DNA of 64,000 bases from a candidate division FCPU426 bacterium. Lineage in GTDB: Bacteria > Oederibacteriota > Muellerivitia > Muellerivitales > Muellerivitaceae. A program made the translations under genes and the position numbers. Shown piece by piece: positions 9,486-19,061 of this stretch (position 1 is its first letter; each line of letters begins with the position of its first letter). Under the pieces are notes generated by a model. That model was not told where the DNA came from. It saw nothing but the letters and a program-made list of their open reading frames with translations, and made no database searches. Location of the stretch: the NCBI GenBank assembly GCA_963771075.1, contig CAVYSE010000004.1, forward strand, positions 12,689 through 76,688, given 5' to 3'.

Positions 9486-11789
9486 TCAGTGGCCGAACAA
9501 ACCCTTGACCGCGTTGCCGATGTTCCCGCCGTTTTGTTGGATGACCTGCTGGGCGGCCTGGCCCAGGATCTGCCCCGCGTGTTTCTTCACGTTGTTGACC
9601 AGCCGATCCGGCATCCATTGGTAATGGTTTTCGGAAGCGACCCCCGTGAACTTAAAGTCCGCCGGAATATTCCCCCCATCATCCGCGGCCCAATCCAGGC
9701 TGAACTTGTCCCGGTATGGCGCCGGGATTTGGCCCTTGATGGCGTCCGAATTGACGTAATCCTTATGCAAATCACATTCGATGGTCATGTCCGGTGTATA
9801 GGCGCCGTCGGCGTTGATGCCGCCCTTGATGCGCATGGCCCCCACCTTTTCGGAGGTATTGGCGGTATAGGAAAAAACCTTGTTCTTCATGCCCAAGATG
9901 CCGTCGATCTTATCGAATTGGATCTCGTCGCTCGGGTCCTTCACGGCGCTGTTGATCGCCTTGATGGCGGACAGACCCTTGACCTTGGCGTTGACGAGAC
10001 TATAGTTCCCCGCGCCGACCTGGCTGGCCATCATCAGATCGCCGGAAACGCCCCTCCCTAAACCGGCGTAGGCGAAATTCATGGTCCCGTATAATTTATC
10101 CTTGTAGGCTGAATAATCTTTCTTGGCGACATAGGCGTCGATGCTGGCGTCGATGGTCTTTTGCGCGTTGACTCCCGTCAGCCTCAAGGCGTAGGTGTAG
10201 CTGGGGATTGCCCCCAGGTTGACCGTCACACCCGCCAGGCCCGTCCCGTCGAAGGATTGGAAGCTGGCCGAGGGGATTCGGACGGAGTTTCCCGTCAAGT
10301 AAATGACGCTGTTCAATTTCTCCAGGTAGGGTTCGTTCGGCAGGGTGATGGAAATGTCCTTCAAGGCAACCTGGCCGTTATAGGTGAAGGGCGTGGCCTT
10401 GCCCTTGGATTCGGCAAAGGCCACGTTCAGGGCGATATTTCCCCCGAAGGCGACCTTTTTTAGGCGCGGCACCATATCCGAAAGGCCTTTCAAGGGAAGG
10501 TCTTTCGATTTCACCTGGCAGCTCCATGGCCCCGAATTGGGATAGTGGAAAGACCCGTCCACTTCCCAATCTTGGTAAATCATGCTGAAGGAAGGAACAT
10601 CATAGGCATTCGCGGACATCACGCTTTTAAAATTCACCTTACAGGTTGTCTTGGCGGTCTTGGCGAACACATCCTGGTATTGAATGACAAGGTCGGAAGC
10701 GTCGGCCGTTCCGGCCAGTTCCAATCCCGCCTTCTTGCTTCCGCCCAGGTGGAAGTTCACCAGGGCCGGCCCGGTAAGCGTCAAGCCCGGAGGCATGGCG
10801 GAAAGATTGCGGGGCACGAGCCCTGAGAACTTCAGCATATCCAGGCTGGCTTCCCCATCCATGTTGGGGGTGAGGTTGCCCGTCATGTCGAGGGCGTCGC
10901 CGGAGAGCTTGAAACCCAGGTCATTGACGCTTCCCTTGAGGTCCAATTCCTTGATGCTTTGGCTCGAAAGGAAGTAACGATAGGAGCCGTTCATGGAAAA
11001 CTGATAGGTAAACTTGTTGTAGTCAAATGGCGTGCTAAGGGTAAATTGAGTCTTCCCGCCTTCCAGGGATATGTTCTTAATATGGAAGTTAAAATCCCTC
11101 AAGTTGTACTTTTGAACGGGGGCGGCCGTTTCGTCCAGGTACACCATTTTCCCATGGATAATGTTTAAACCGTCGATCGTCACATTCAGGGATTTCTTGG
11201 CGGCGGGAGCCGACATCGGAGTATCCGCCCAAGCCTCTCCGATCAAGGAAAAACCTGAAGCCTCCCGGGGACTGGGGGCGGTCCAAAGGGTCGCGTGTTT
11301 CTTTCCCTTTTTGGGTTTGGCTTTCGACTTCGCCTTCGGAGCCGGCGCGGCCGCCGGGGCGGGAGCGGTGGTCGACTCCTGCGCGCCCGACATGTCGCTG
11401 AAATTAAAGCTGTTCAATCCCCTGCGTTCCACGAGGATCTCCGGCTGGTTCAGCTGGATTTCCTTGAGGGAAACCTGGCCCCAAAAGAGGGGCCAAAGGT
11501 GATAAGAAATGGAGATGTCCTTGGCGTTGACCAGGGCTTGGCTGGCCCATCCGGCCCGGTTGGAGATGACCAAATCCTTGATGTCGAACCCGCTCAACAC
11601 GTTGAAATGGATGTCCCCCACGCTGACCTTGTGGTGGATGGCCGCTGAGAGTTTTTCCGTGACCATGGATTTCATCTTGGCCGGCGGCAAAAGGATGGGG
11701 ATGGCGATGGCCGCGACGATCAATAACAGGATGAACAGGGCCAACAGGATCCCGCCGCCGACCAGCAGGAATTTAAACAGTTTTTTCAT
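9486..11789 (-). CDS. AsmA family protein
   Basis: N-terminal TM anchor, LWPLFWGQVSLKEIQLNQPEILVER...NFSD motif, long beta-rich body. Confidence 0.85.
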   Translation of the reverse strand: MKKLFKFLLVGGGILLALFILLLIVAAIAIPILLPPAKMKSMVTEKLSAAIHHKVSVGDIHFNVLSGFDIKDLVISNRAGWASQALVNAKDISISYHLWPLFWGQVSLKEIQLNQPEILVERRGLNSFNFSDMSGAQESTTAPAPAAAPAPKAKSKAKPKKGKKHATLWTAPSPREASGFSLIGEAWADTPMSAPAAKKSLNVTIDGLNIIHGKMVYLDETAAPVQKYNLRDFNFHIKNISLEGGKTQFTLSTPFDYNKFTYQFSMNGSYRYFLSSQSIKELDLKGSVNDLGFKLSGDALDMTGNLTPNMDGEASLDMLKFSGLVPRNLSAMPPGLTLTGPALVNFHLGGSKKAGLELAGTADASDLVIQYQDVFAKTAKTTCKVNFKSVMSANAYDVPSFSMIYQDWEVDGSFHYPNSGPWSCQVKSKDLPLKGLSDMVPRLKKVAFGGNIALNVAFAESKGKATPFTYNGQVALKDISITLPNEPYLEKLNSVIYLTGNSVRIPSASFQSFDGTGLAGVTVNLGAIPSYTYALRLTGVNAQKTIDASIDAYVAKKDYSAYKDKLYGTMNFAYAGLGRGVSGDLMMASQVGAGNYSLVNAKVKGLSAIKAINSAVKDPSDEIQFDKIDGILGMKNKVFSYTANTSEKVGAMRIKGGINADGAYTPDMTIECDLHKDYVNSDAIKGQIPAPYRDKFSLDWAADDGGNIPADFKFTGVASENHYQWMPDRLVNNVKKHAGQILGQAAQQVIQQNGGNIGNAVKGLFGH

Positions 11790-11873
11790 GGCACCCTCTT
11801 TACTCGTTGGAATGGCCCATTATTTTAGCCGGAATTGTTCCAATTGAAAGGGACGGGAAGATGACAGGAGGAT

Positions 11874-11904
11874 AAAAAAAAGCGGGAATCCATAAGATTC
11901 CCGC
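11874..11904 (-). terminator. Rho-independent terminator after recA
   Basis: 9-bp stem GCGGGAATC/GATTCCCGC followed by T8 on the minus strand. Confidence 0.85.
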
Positions 11905-11949
11905 CTCGTTTCACGCCGCAAAACCGCTTTTTATCCCCAATTGTTTGAA

Positions 11950-13059
11950 TTATTTTTTCAGCGCGACCTTCGCCTTTTCGGTCGGGACAAAAGCGCTTTC
12001 CCTTTTCGGTTCCACCTTGGCTTCCTTGGGCTTTTCCGCTTCCTTCTTGGCCTCGGCGGGCGCCGGGGGAGGCAGAAGGCCCGTCTTTTCCTTGATCTTC
12101 TTCTCGATGTCCTTCGCCACCTCGGGGTGGTCCTTCAGGAACTGCTTGGCGGCGTCCCGTCCCTGGCCCATCTTGTTTTCGCCGTAGGAAAGCCAGGTTC
12201 CGCTCTTGTCCACGATTTCCTTCTCAACCCCCACGTCCAAAAGCGAACCCTCCTTGGAGATCCCCTCCCCGAAGATGATGTCGAAAAGGCCTTCCTTGAA
12301 AGGCTGGGCGGTTTTGTTCTTGACCACCTTGACCTTGACGCGGTTCCCGATGTTCTGGTCCCCGACCTTGATGGACTCGGTGCGACGCACTTCCAAGCGC
12401 ATGGAGGCGTAGAATTTGAGCGCCCGGCCGCCGGGAGTGGTCTCCGGGTTGCCGAACATGACCCCGATTTTTTCGCGGATCTGGTTGATGAAAATGGCGC
12501 TGGTATGCGATTTGGAAAGCAGGGCGGTCAGTTTGCGCAGGGCTTGGCTCATCAAGCGCGCCTGGAGCCCCACATGGGCGTCGCCCATTTCTCCCTCCAA
12601 CTCGGCGCGGGGCGCGAGGGCCGCCACCGAGTCGACGACCAGGACGTCAATGGCGCCGGAACGGATGAGGGTATCGGCGATCTGCAGGGCCTCTTCCGCC
12701 GAATCCGGCTGGGAGATCAGGAGTTCATCCACATTCACGCCCAGTTTGCGGGCGTAAACCGGGTCCATGGCGTGCTCGGCGTCGATAAAAACGGCCGTTC
12801 CACCGGCCTTTTGGGCCTCGGCGACAATATGAAGAGTGAGGGTTGTTTTACCGGAGGATTCGGGCCCATAAACCTCGATAATGCGGCCCCGGGGCACCCC
12901 CCCGATGCCGGTGGCGATATCCACCGAGATGGCGCCCGTGGAGATGGCTTTGACGTCCTGAACCTTGACCTCACCAAAGCGCATGATGGCGCCCTTTCCG
13001 TGGTCCTTTTCGATCTGCAGAATCGCCATATCCAGCGCTTTGTTCTTTTCGGTTGCCAT
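11950..13059 (-). CDS. recA: Recombinase RecA
   Basis: [33 protein letters not shown] and GGRALKFY; start at 13059 after AGGAG because the ATG at 13095 abuts the -10 box. Confidence 0.99.
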   Translation of the reverse strand: MATEKNKALDMAILQIEKDHGKGAIMRFGEVKVQDVKAISTGAISVDIATGIGGVPRGRIIEVYGPESSGKTTLTLHIVAEAQKAGGTAVFIDAEHAMDPVYARKLGVNVDELLISQPDSAEEALQIADTLIRSGAIDVLVVDSVAALAPRAELEGEMGDAHVGLQARLMSQALRKLTALLSKSHTSAIFINQIREKIGVMFGNPETTPGGRALKFYASMRLEVRRTESIKVGDQNIGNRVKVKVVKNKTAQPFKEGLFDIIFGEGISKEGSLLDVGVEKEIVDKSGTWLSYGENKMGQGRDAAKQFLKDHPEVAKDIEKKIKEKTGLLPPPAPAEAKKEAEKPKEAKVEPKRESAFVPTEKAKVALKK

Positions 13060-13095
13060 TGCCCGCTCCTTGTCGTTTGTTTCTTGGTTTTTCAT

Positions 13096-13147
13096 ATCCT
13101 AGGGGCGGGTTGTGGCCGCGTCAAGAAAAAAGTATACACTCGTATAC
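13096..13147 (-). promoter_or_regulatory. Sigma70-type recA promoter with upstream palindrome
   Basis: TTGACG (13119-13124), N17, TAGGAT (13096-13101); GTATAC-N4-GTATAC at 13132-13147. Confidence 0.7.
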
Positions 13148-13186
13148 CTTTGCCAACAGCTCACAATTCCAGGAAAAAAGGGGGTA

Positions 13187-13942
13187 TTACAGGAACAACC
13201 GGGGATCGGACACGCCAAGATTTTCCTTGGAGAAGAATGGCTCGCCTGTTTGGACGCCGATCATGGCGCCGAAATAACGGTTGGTGACGTTGATGTTTTC
13301 CAGCGCGCGGCTCCCGGGCTTCTTGATGAACTGGCTCTCGTAACAGGCCACCGCCTTCAACTTGGTCTCATGGTGTTTGGATGTATCCACGATAAAGGAA
13401 GGCTGGACGTTGGGCCGAAGGTGAGAGCAGAGGTGGTAATAAAGTTTCGGAGGGTACCAGGGATCACCCTTCATATCGGTCTTCACCAGCTTGGCCCAAA
13501 ACCGCGCGGCCTGCACCAGCTCGCTCGCGCCCCAGTGGTCGGGATGGGCATCCACCCAATAGGGGGCGAAAAGAATGGCGGGGCGGAATCGGCGGATGAC
13601 CTGGGCCACGGCCCTTCGGGCGGGCAGGGTATCTTTGAGTTCTCGGTTCTTGAGGGAAAGGATAAGGTAATCATAAAGGCCCAGAAGATGGGCTGCCTTC
13701 TCCGCCTCTTTCAAACGCAGTTTGTGGTTTCCGTAAGGGGTGGGTTCCCCGTCGGTCAGGTGGCAGACCGCCACCTTGGCGCCTTTTTCCCTCAAGGCTA
13801 ACAGGGTTCCGCCCATGGCGATCTCAACATCATCGGGGTGCGCCCCAAAAGCCAAAACGTCCACCCCTGCGTCTTGGGAAGAAGCGCCGCCAGGAGCGAC
13901 CGTTTCAAAAAGCTGGAGGTGTTTACTTTTTTTAGGCGGCAT
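13187..13942 (-). CDS. bshB1: PIG-L family deacetylase, bacillithiol biosynthesis BshB1-like
   Basis: AFGAHPDDVE, LTDGE, DAHPDH, AVACYESQF and YFGAMIGVQTGEPF. Confidence 0.85.
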   Translation of the reverse strand: MPPKKSKHLQLFETVAPGGASSQDAGVDVLAFGAHPDDVEIAMGGTLLALREKGAKVAVCHLTDGEPTPYGNHKLRLKEAEKAAHLLGLYDYLILSLKNRELKDTLPARRAVAQVIRRFRPAILFAPYWVDAHPDHWGASELVQAARFWAKLVKTDMKGDPWYPPKLYYHLCSHLRPNVQPSFIVDTSKHHETKLKAVACYESQFIKKPGSRALENINVTNRYFGAMIGVQTGEPFFSKENLGVSDPRLFL

Positions 13943-14005
13943 GGCTCAGTGAATCCTTAGGATTAGAAGGAGGCTGGAGTAGGCTCGAAACTGGGAAGAG
14001 AAACG

Positions 14006-14030
14006 AAAAAGACCCCGCTTGAGCGGGGCC
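14006..14030 (-). terminator. Terminator after the cold-shock gene
   Basis: CCCCGCT/AGCGGGG stem followed by a T run on the minus strand. Confidence 0.75.
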
Positions 14031-14046
14031 TTCGGTTGGTGTCGGC

Positions 14047-14253
14047 TCAGCCGCCGGCCTTCATGACATTGGCGGCCTGTTTGCCCTTGGCGCCTTGAAC
14101 GATCTCAAAGGTGACTTCCTGGCCCGCCGTGAGGGTCTTGAAACCGTCCCCTTGGATGGCGGAAAAATGAACGAACAGATCCTCCCCGCCCTCCTGTTCG
14201 ATGAATCCATAACCCTTACCGGCATTGAACCATTTCACGCGTCCCGTTGGCAT
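14047..14253 (-). CDS. csp: Cold-shock protein (CspA family)
   Basis: [15 protein letters not shown] and DLFVHFSAI (RNP1/RNP2 motifs). Confidence 0.97.
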   Translation of the reverse strand: MPTGRVKWFNAGKGYGFIEQEGGEDLFVHFSAIQGDGFKTLTAGQEVTFEIVQGAKGKQAANVMKAGG

Positions 14254-14511
14254 CTTTCCGACCCTTCCTTTTCCGCATCGGTGATCCCCTGCCCGCCCAT
14301 TCGATCCCGCCAGGCCCATTCGAATCGAAGGGTGCCAGGTGGAGATTGTCTCCGGCGGTTGAGCCCATCGCTACTGATGCTTTCAACGATGGAATTTCAG
14401 TTTATAGAAAAGACCCTTTATTTTCAATCGGTATAAAGCAAAGGTGGATTTTGTCGGGACAAATTTATTTCGGGAAAAGTCGATAAAAAGTAGAAGCGAA
14501 CTCGGAGGGGA

Positions 14512-15531
14512 TCAATGCCAGCCCATGAGTCCAAAAAACCATTCGCAAATGGCGGCCATCAGGGCCGAGGCGGGGATGGTGAGGACCCAGGCCCAGACGA
14601 TGCGCCCCGCCACTCCCCATTTCACGGATGAAAACTTGGTGGTGCTTCCAACCCCCACAATGGCTCCCGTGATGGTATGGGTGGTGGAAACGGGAATGCC
14701 CAGGCTGGTCGCGAAGAGGATCGAGATGGCCCCCGCGCCCTGCGCGCAAAAACCCCCTACCGGCTTCAATTTCGTGATCTTTTGGCCCATGGTCTTGATG
14801 ATGCGCCAGCCCCCCGACATGGTGCCCACCCCCATGGCCGCGTAACAGGCGATGATGATCCACCAGGCGATCTCCTGGCTCCCGGAGCGGTAGGCCCACT
14901 CGGGGTGGTTCCCGGCCACAAGCAGGGCCACGATGACGCCCATGGTCTTTTGGGAATCATTGGCACCATGGCTCAGGCTTTGGGCCGCGGCCGTGAAATA
15001 CTGGCCGATGCGGAAAATGCCGTCCACCGACGAGGGGGTGAACCGGTAGAACAAATTCAGGACGATCACCATCAGGACGTACCCCAGGATGAGCCCCAGA
15101 ATGGGTGAAACGAATATGAATAGGATCGTCTTCTGGAAACCCGAAAGGATCAGCACCTTCCAGCCGCCGTAAACCACCGCGGCCCCGCCGAAACCCCCGA
15201 TCAGGGCGTGGGAGGAACTGCTGGGAATTCCGAAATACCAGGTGATGAGGTTCCAGATAATTGCCCCAATGAGGGCCGAGAGAATGACGAAGAGGGTGAT
15301 CCCGGAAGGATCCACCATGCCCTTCCCCACGGTCTTGGCCACGTTGGTGCCCACCAGGAAGGCGGCCACGAAGTTGAAGAAGGCCGACCAGATCACTGCT
15401 TTTCCGGGCGTTAGGACCCGCGTAGAAACGACGGTGGCGATGGAATTGGCCGCGTCATGGAAACCGTTTAAAAAGTCGAAGGAAACGGCCACGAAGATGA
15501 TCAAGCCGATGAGAAGGGTTTCGTTTTGCAT
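14512..15531 (-). CDS. pit: Inorganic phosphate transporter (PiT family)
   Basis: NGFHDAANSIAT, PSSSSHA, HGANDSQK and PVSTTH. Confidence 0.95.
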   Translation of the reverse strand: MQNETLLIGLIIFVAVSFDFLNGFHDAANSIATVVSTRVLTPGKAVIWSAFFNFVAAFLVGTNVAKTVGKGMVDPSGITLFVILSALIGAIIWNLITWYFGIPSSSSHALIGGFGGAAVVYGGWKVLILSGFQKTILFIFVSPILGLILGYVLMVIVLNLFYRFTPSSVDGIFRIGQYFTAAAQSLSHGANDSQKTMGVIVALLVAGNHPEWAYRSGSQEIAWWIIIACYAAMGVGTMSGGWRIIKTMGQKITKLKPVGGFCAQGAGAISILFATSLGIPVSTTHTITGAIVGVGSTTKFSSVKWGVAGRIVWAWVLTIPASALMAAICEWFFGLMGWH

Positions 15532-15572
15532 TCGGGAAAGACTCTTTCGCCCTGTTGATTTCGGTTCCGCCC

Positions 15573-16205
15573 TTAGGCGTTCTCCAGCACCACACCCTCG
15601 ATGATATTGGCCACATCCTCGCAACGGTCGATCGCGGTCTCCACGCCCTCATAGATTTCCTTCCAAACCAGGACCTTGACCGCGTCCTTTTCCTCCTGGA
15701 AAAGCTTGGCCACGGCCGCGTCCCGCACCGTGTCGCCATCGTTCTCCAATTTGTTGATCTCGATGCAGGCGTCCATGATGATCTTGGCGTTCTTCAGGTT
15801 CTTCAGTTCGCTCACGGCCTTTTGGAGCTCCAGCGTGGAACGATGGAGAAGCTTGGCCAATTCGATCAGGTCGGGCGGGATCTCGGTGACCCCATAGAGG
15901 ATCAAACGCCGCGCGGCGCCGTCGATGTAGTCGATCACATCGTCCATGTTGGAAATGAGCTGGTGGATCTGGTCGCGGTCGATGGGCGTGATAAAAGTCT
16001 TGTGGAGCATTTCGAGGGTGTGATGGGTGATTTCGTCGGCGCGGTGCTCGGTTTCCTTCAAACGGCGGGCCTTGACCGGGACACTCTCGAAATGCTCGAG
16101 CATATCCACCAAAATGGCCGAACCTTCCACCAACGTCTCAGCATGACGGTTAAAAATATCGAAAAAACCGAATTCTTTGGGTATCAGGAAGCCGAACATG
16201 CCCAC
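15573..16205 (-). CDS. DUF47 / PhoU-like Pit accessory protein
   Basis: EHRADEI, FITPIDR, DDVID and LENDGD; directly upstream of pit. Confidence 0.93.
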   Translation of the reverse strand: MGMFGFLIPKEFGFFDIFNRHAETLVEGSAILVDMLEHFESVPVKARRLKETEHRADEITHHTLEMLHKTFITPIDRDQIHQLISNMDDVIDYIDGAARRLILYGVTEIPPDLIELAKLLHRSTLELQKAVSELKNLKNAKIIMDACIEINKLENDGDTVRDAAVAKLFQEEKDAVKVLVWKEIYEGVETAIDRCEDVANIIEGVVLENA

Positions 16206-16379
16206 CCCCGGTATGTAAAATCCTTGTGAACGGGGAGGAGAATGCCATAGTTCTCCGATTTAGTTCAACTTCGAAAATCTTGACCGCTCAGAAACCAATG
16301 TTTCGCAGTTTTGTCTCGCTCTATATGACGTTTCGTTTCATACATTGCCATACGCTATCCGATTGTGATTCTTGCGGCC

Positions 16380-16412
16380 AAAAAAAAAGCTCCGGCCGGT
16401 GGGCCGAAGCTT
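16380..16412 (-). terminator. Terminator after phoU
   Basis: Imperfect GC stem followed by a T run on the minus strand. Confidence 0.6.
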
Positions 16413-16445
16413 TAGGTTTTGAGGGGTCTCACAACAGTCGCGGGG

Positions 16446-17102
16446 TCATCCCCGCCGGTGGCGGATATCCTTGCCGTCGACCATGTAGATCACGTCCTCG
16501 GAAATGTTGGTTGCGTGGTCAGCGATGCGCTCCAGGTAGCGGGAAACCAGGATCAGGTCGAGCGCCCGCTTGATGTTGGCCCGGTCGTCGAGCATGTAAC
16601 TGATCAACTCCCGGATGAGCTGGTCGTTCAGGCTGTCCACCTCATCGTCCCTCTCGCAAACCTTCTTGGCCATCGCCGAATCGCGGTTGACCAAGGAGTC
16701 CAGCGAGTTTTTGAGCATCTCCTGCGTGATGTTGGCCAGCCGGGGGATGTCGATCAGGGGTTTCAGCGGGGCCACCTCGTTCAGGGTCAGGGCCCTTTCG
16801 CAGATGTTGACCGCCAGGTCCCCCATGCGCTCCAGGTCCGAGTTGATCTTCATGGTACTGGTGATGAACCGCATGTCGCCCGCCATGGGCTGGTGCAGGG
16901 CCAGCAGCCGGTGGCACACCTCGTCCACCTCGATCTCCAGGTCGTTGATATCCCGGTCGCTTTGGATGACCCGGCGGGAAAGCTTGCTATCCCGGTCCAC
17001 GAGCGACTTGATGGCCAGCCGGATGGACTCCTCCACCTTGCTCCCCATCAACAAAATCTTTTCCTTCAGGCCCGACAATTCCTCGTCGAAAGAGATCTGC
17101 AT
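16446..17102 (-). CDS. phoU: Phosphate signalling protein PhoU
   Basis: QPMAGDMRF, DLERMGD and YLERIADHATNI. Confidence 0.97.
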   Translation of the reverse strand: MQISFDEELSGLKEKILLMGSKVEESIRLAIKSLVDRDSKLSRRVIQSDRDINDLEIEVDEVCHRLLALHQPMAGDMRFITSTMKINSDLERMGDLAVNICERALTLNEVAPLKPLIDIPRLANITQEMLKNSLDSLVNRDSAMAKKVCERDDEVDSLNDQLIRELISYMLDDRANIKRALDLILVSRYLERIADHATNISEDVIYMVDGKDIRHRRG

Positions 17103-17121
17103 TAATTCCCCCTAAAAAAAT

Positions 17122-17221
17122 CAGCGATTAGCTATTAGAGATTGGCTGTTAGGAAAATAACAACCATTAACCTTAAGATTTTTTCTTTAGCGAATAGCTA
17201 AAAGCCAATGGCTAATGGCTG
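17122..17221. repeat. Inverted pair of degenerate heptamer arrays between pstB and phoU
   Basis: CAGCGAT-TAGCTAT-TAGAGAT-TGGCTGT versus the reverse complement of the right arm, CAGCCAT-TAGCCAT-TGGCTTT-TAGCTAT. Confidence 0.55.
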
Positions 17222-17226
17222 TTTTC

Positions 17227-17997
17227 TCAGCCGAAACGGCCGGTGATGTAATCTTCCGTCAGCTTGTTGGAAGGGTTGGTGAAGACCTTCTCGGTGTTAT
17301 CGTATTCGATCAGCTTGCCGTTGAGCATAAAAGCCGTCTTTTGCGACACCCGCGCCGCCTGCTGCATGTTGTGGGTGACGATGATGATGGTGTAGTTCTG
17401 CCGGAGCTCGTGGATCAACTCCTCGATCTTCGAGGTGGAAATGGGGTCCAGGGCCGAGCATGGCTCGTCCATCAACAGGACTTCCAGGTCGATGGCCAGC
17501 GCCCGCGCGATGCAAAGGCGTTGCTGCTGCCCGCCCGAGAGGGCCGCGCCCGGCTTGTTCAGATTGTCCTTCACCTCGTCCCAGAGGGCCGCCTTGCGGA
17601 GACTCTGCTCCACCTTCTGCTCCAAGGTCTTGTGGTCCCGGATGCCGCTGTTCAGGCGCAATCCGATCACGACATTCTCGTAGATGGAAAGGGTAGGAAA
17701 GGGAGTGGGCTTTTGGAACACCATCCCCACCCGGCGCCTGACCGCCACCGGGTCCATCTTGGTCGAAAAGATGCTCTGGCCTTCCAGGGTGATATCTCCG
17801 CCGAAACGGGAACCGGGAACGGTCTCGTGCATCCGGTTGAAACAGCGGATCAGGGTGGATTTGCCGCATCCCGAGGGTCCGATGATGGCCGTCACTTCCC
17901 TTTCCCGGATCTCCATGTTTACAGTATAAAGGGCCTGCTTGTCCCCGAACCATGCGCATACGTCCTTCGCCTGCATCTTGACGGACGCGTTCGACAT
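17227..17997 (-). CDS. pstB: Phosphate ABC transporter ATPase
   Basis: [32 protein letters not shown] and [10 protein letters not shown]. Confidence 0.98.
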   Translation of the reverse strand: MSNASVKMQAKDVCAWFGDKQALYTVNMEIREREVTAIIGPSGCGKSTLIRCFNRMHETVPGSRFGGDITLEGQSIFSTKMDPVAVRRRVGMVFQKPTPFPTLSIYENVVIGLRLNSGIRDHKTLEQKVEQSLRKAALWDEVKDNLNKPGAALSGGQQQRLCIARALAIDLEVLLMDEPCSALDPISTSKIEELIHELRQNYTIIIVTHNMQQAARVSQKTAFMLNGKLIEYDNTEKVFTNPSNKLTEDYITGRFG

Positions 17998-18170
17998 TCA
18001 CGTTTTCCTGGGCCACCTCGATTTTTTTCATGTCGATCTTGGTCTCTTCCGTTTTTTTCGTTTCGTTGGTCTTTTCCATTATATTCTCCATCGTCTTTTC
18101 CCCCCTTAACTCCCTGCGTCCCCCCGGAAACCTGTTGGTTTGGAGCCAACCCGATTTCCTGAAACCGAAG

Positions 18171-19061
18171 CTATCTCAATAACTGCCTGGGATTCTTGAA
18201 AAACATCTTCGCCGCCAGGTTGATCGTCAACACCAAAATCAGCAGCGCCAGAGCCCCGCTCCAGGCCTGGTCATGCCAGTCTTGGAAAGGCGAAATCGCG
18301 TAGGTAAAGACCTGCACCGTTAGGGACGCCGTCGGCTCATTAATCCCTTTCGCCCAAAATTGGTTGTTGAAGGAAGTAAAGAGCAGGGGCGCCGTCTCCC
18401 CCGCGATGCGGGCAATCGATAAAAGCACCCCGGTCAAGATCCCGTTCTTGGCCGTGCGGATCACGATAGACAGGATGGTGCGCCATTGCGGCACCCCCAA
18501 CGCCCAAGACGCCTCCCGGATGCTGTGGGGCACCAGCTTGACCAGTTCCTCCGTCGTGCGGGAAACGATGGGGATCATCATGAAGCCCAAGGCCACCCCT
18601 CCGGCCAGGGCCGAGAAGTGGTGGGTGGTCTTGACGATCAGGGTGTAGGCCACGATACCTGTCACGATGGAGGGCACCCCGGACAGGACGTCCGCAGTGA
18701 AACGGACCCACCAGGCGAACAGGTTTTTCTTCCCATATTCGGACAGGTAGACTCCCGCGAAGATCCCGATGGGAAGACCCACCAGGGAGGCGATGGCGAT
18801 CAAGGTCATGGTTCCCAGGATGGCGTTCCCCATCCCGCCCCCGTCCACACCCACCGGCGTGGGCAAGTGGGTCAGGAACACCCAGTCCAGCCTCTTGAAA
18901 CCCTGGAGCAGCACATAAAGCAACAGGCTGACCAGGGGGATCATGGCCAGGAAAGAAGCCGCCCCGCACAAAAATACCATCAGCCGGTCCACGAAGTGCC
19001 TGCGCGCGTTGAAGTCGAACATGGGTCCCCTTACCTTTGGTACTTGGAGGTCGTCATCCAC
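18171..19061 (-). CDS. pstA: Phosphate ABC transporter permease
   Basis: GVPSIV, REASWALG and ARIAGETAPL; alternative start at 19022. Confidence 0.96.
   Translation of the reverse strand: MDDDLQVPKVRGPMFDFNARRHFVDRLMVFLCGAASFLAMIPLVSLLLYVLLQGFKRLDWVFLTHLPTPVGVDGGGMGNAILGTMTLIAIASLVGLPIGIFAGVYLSEYGKKNLFAWWVRFTADVLSGVPSIVTGIVAYTLIVKTTHHFSALAGGVALGFMMIPIVSRTTEELVKLVPHSIREASWALGVPQWRTILSIVIRTAKNGILTGVLLSIARIAGETAPLLFTSFNNQFWAKGINEPTASLTVQVFTYAISPFQDWHDQAWSGALALLILVLTINLAAKMFFKNPRQLLR

Noticed and set aside
14254..14420. cspA-type thermosensor 5' UTR
   Set aside because: A long leader is plausible, but I cannot match it to a defined RNA family from the sequence alone
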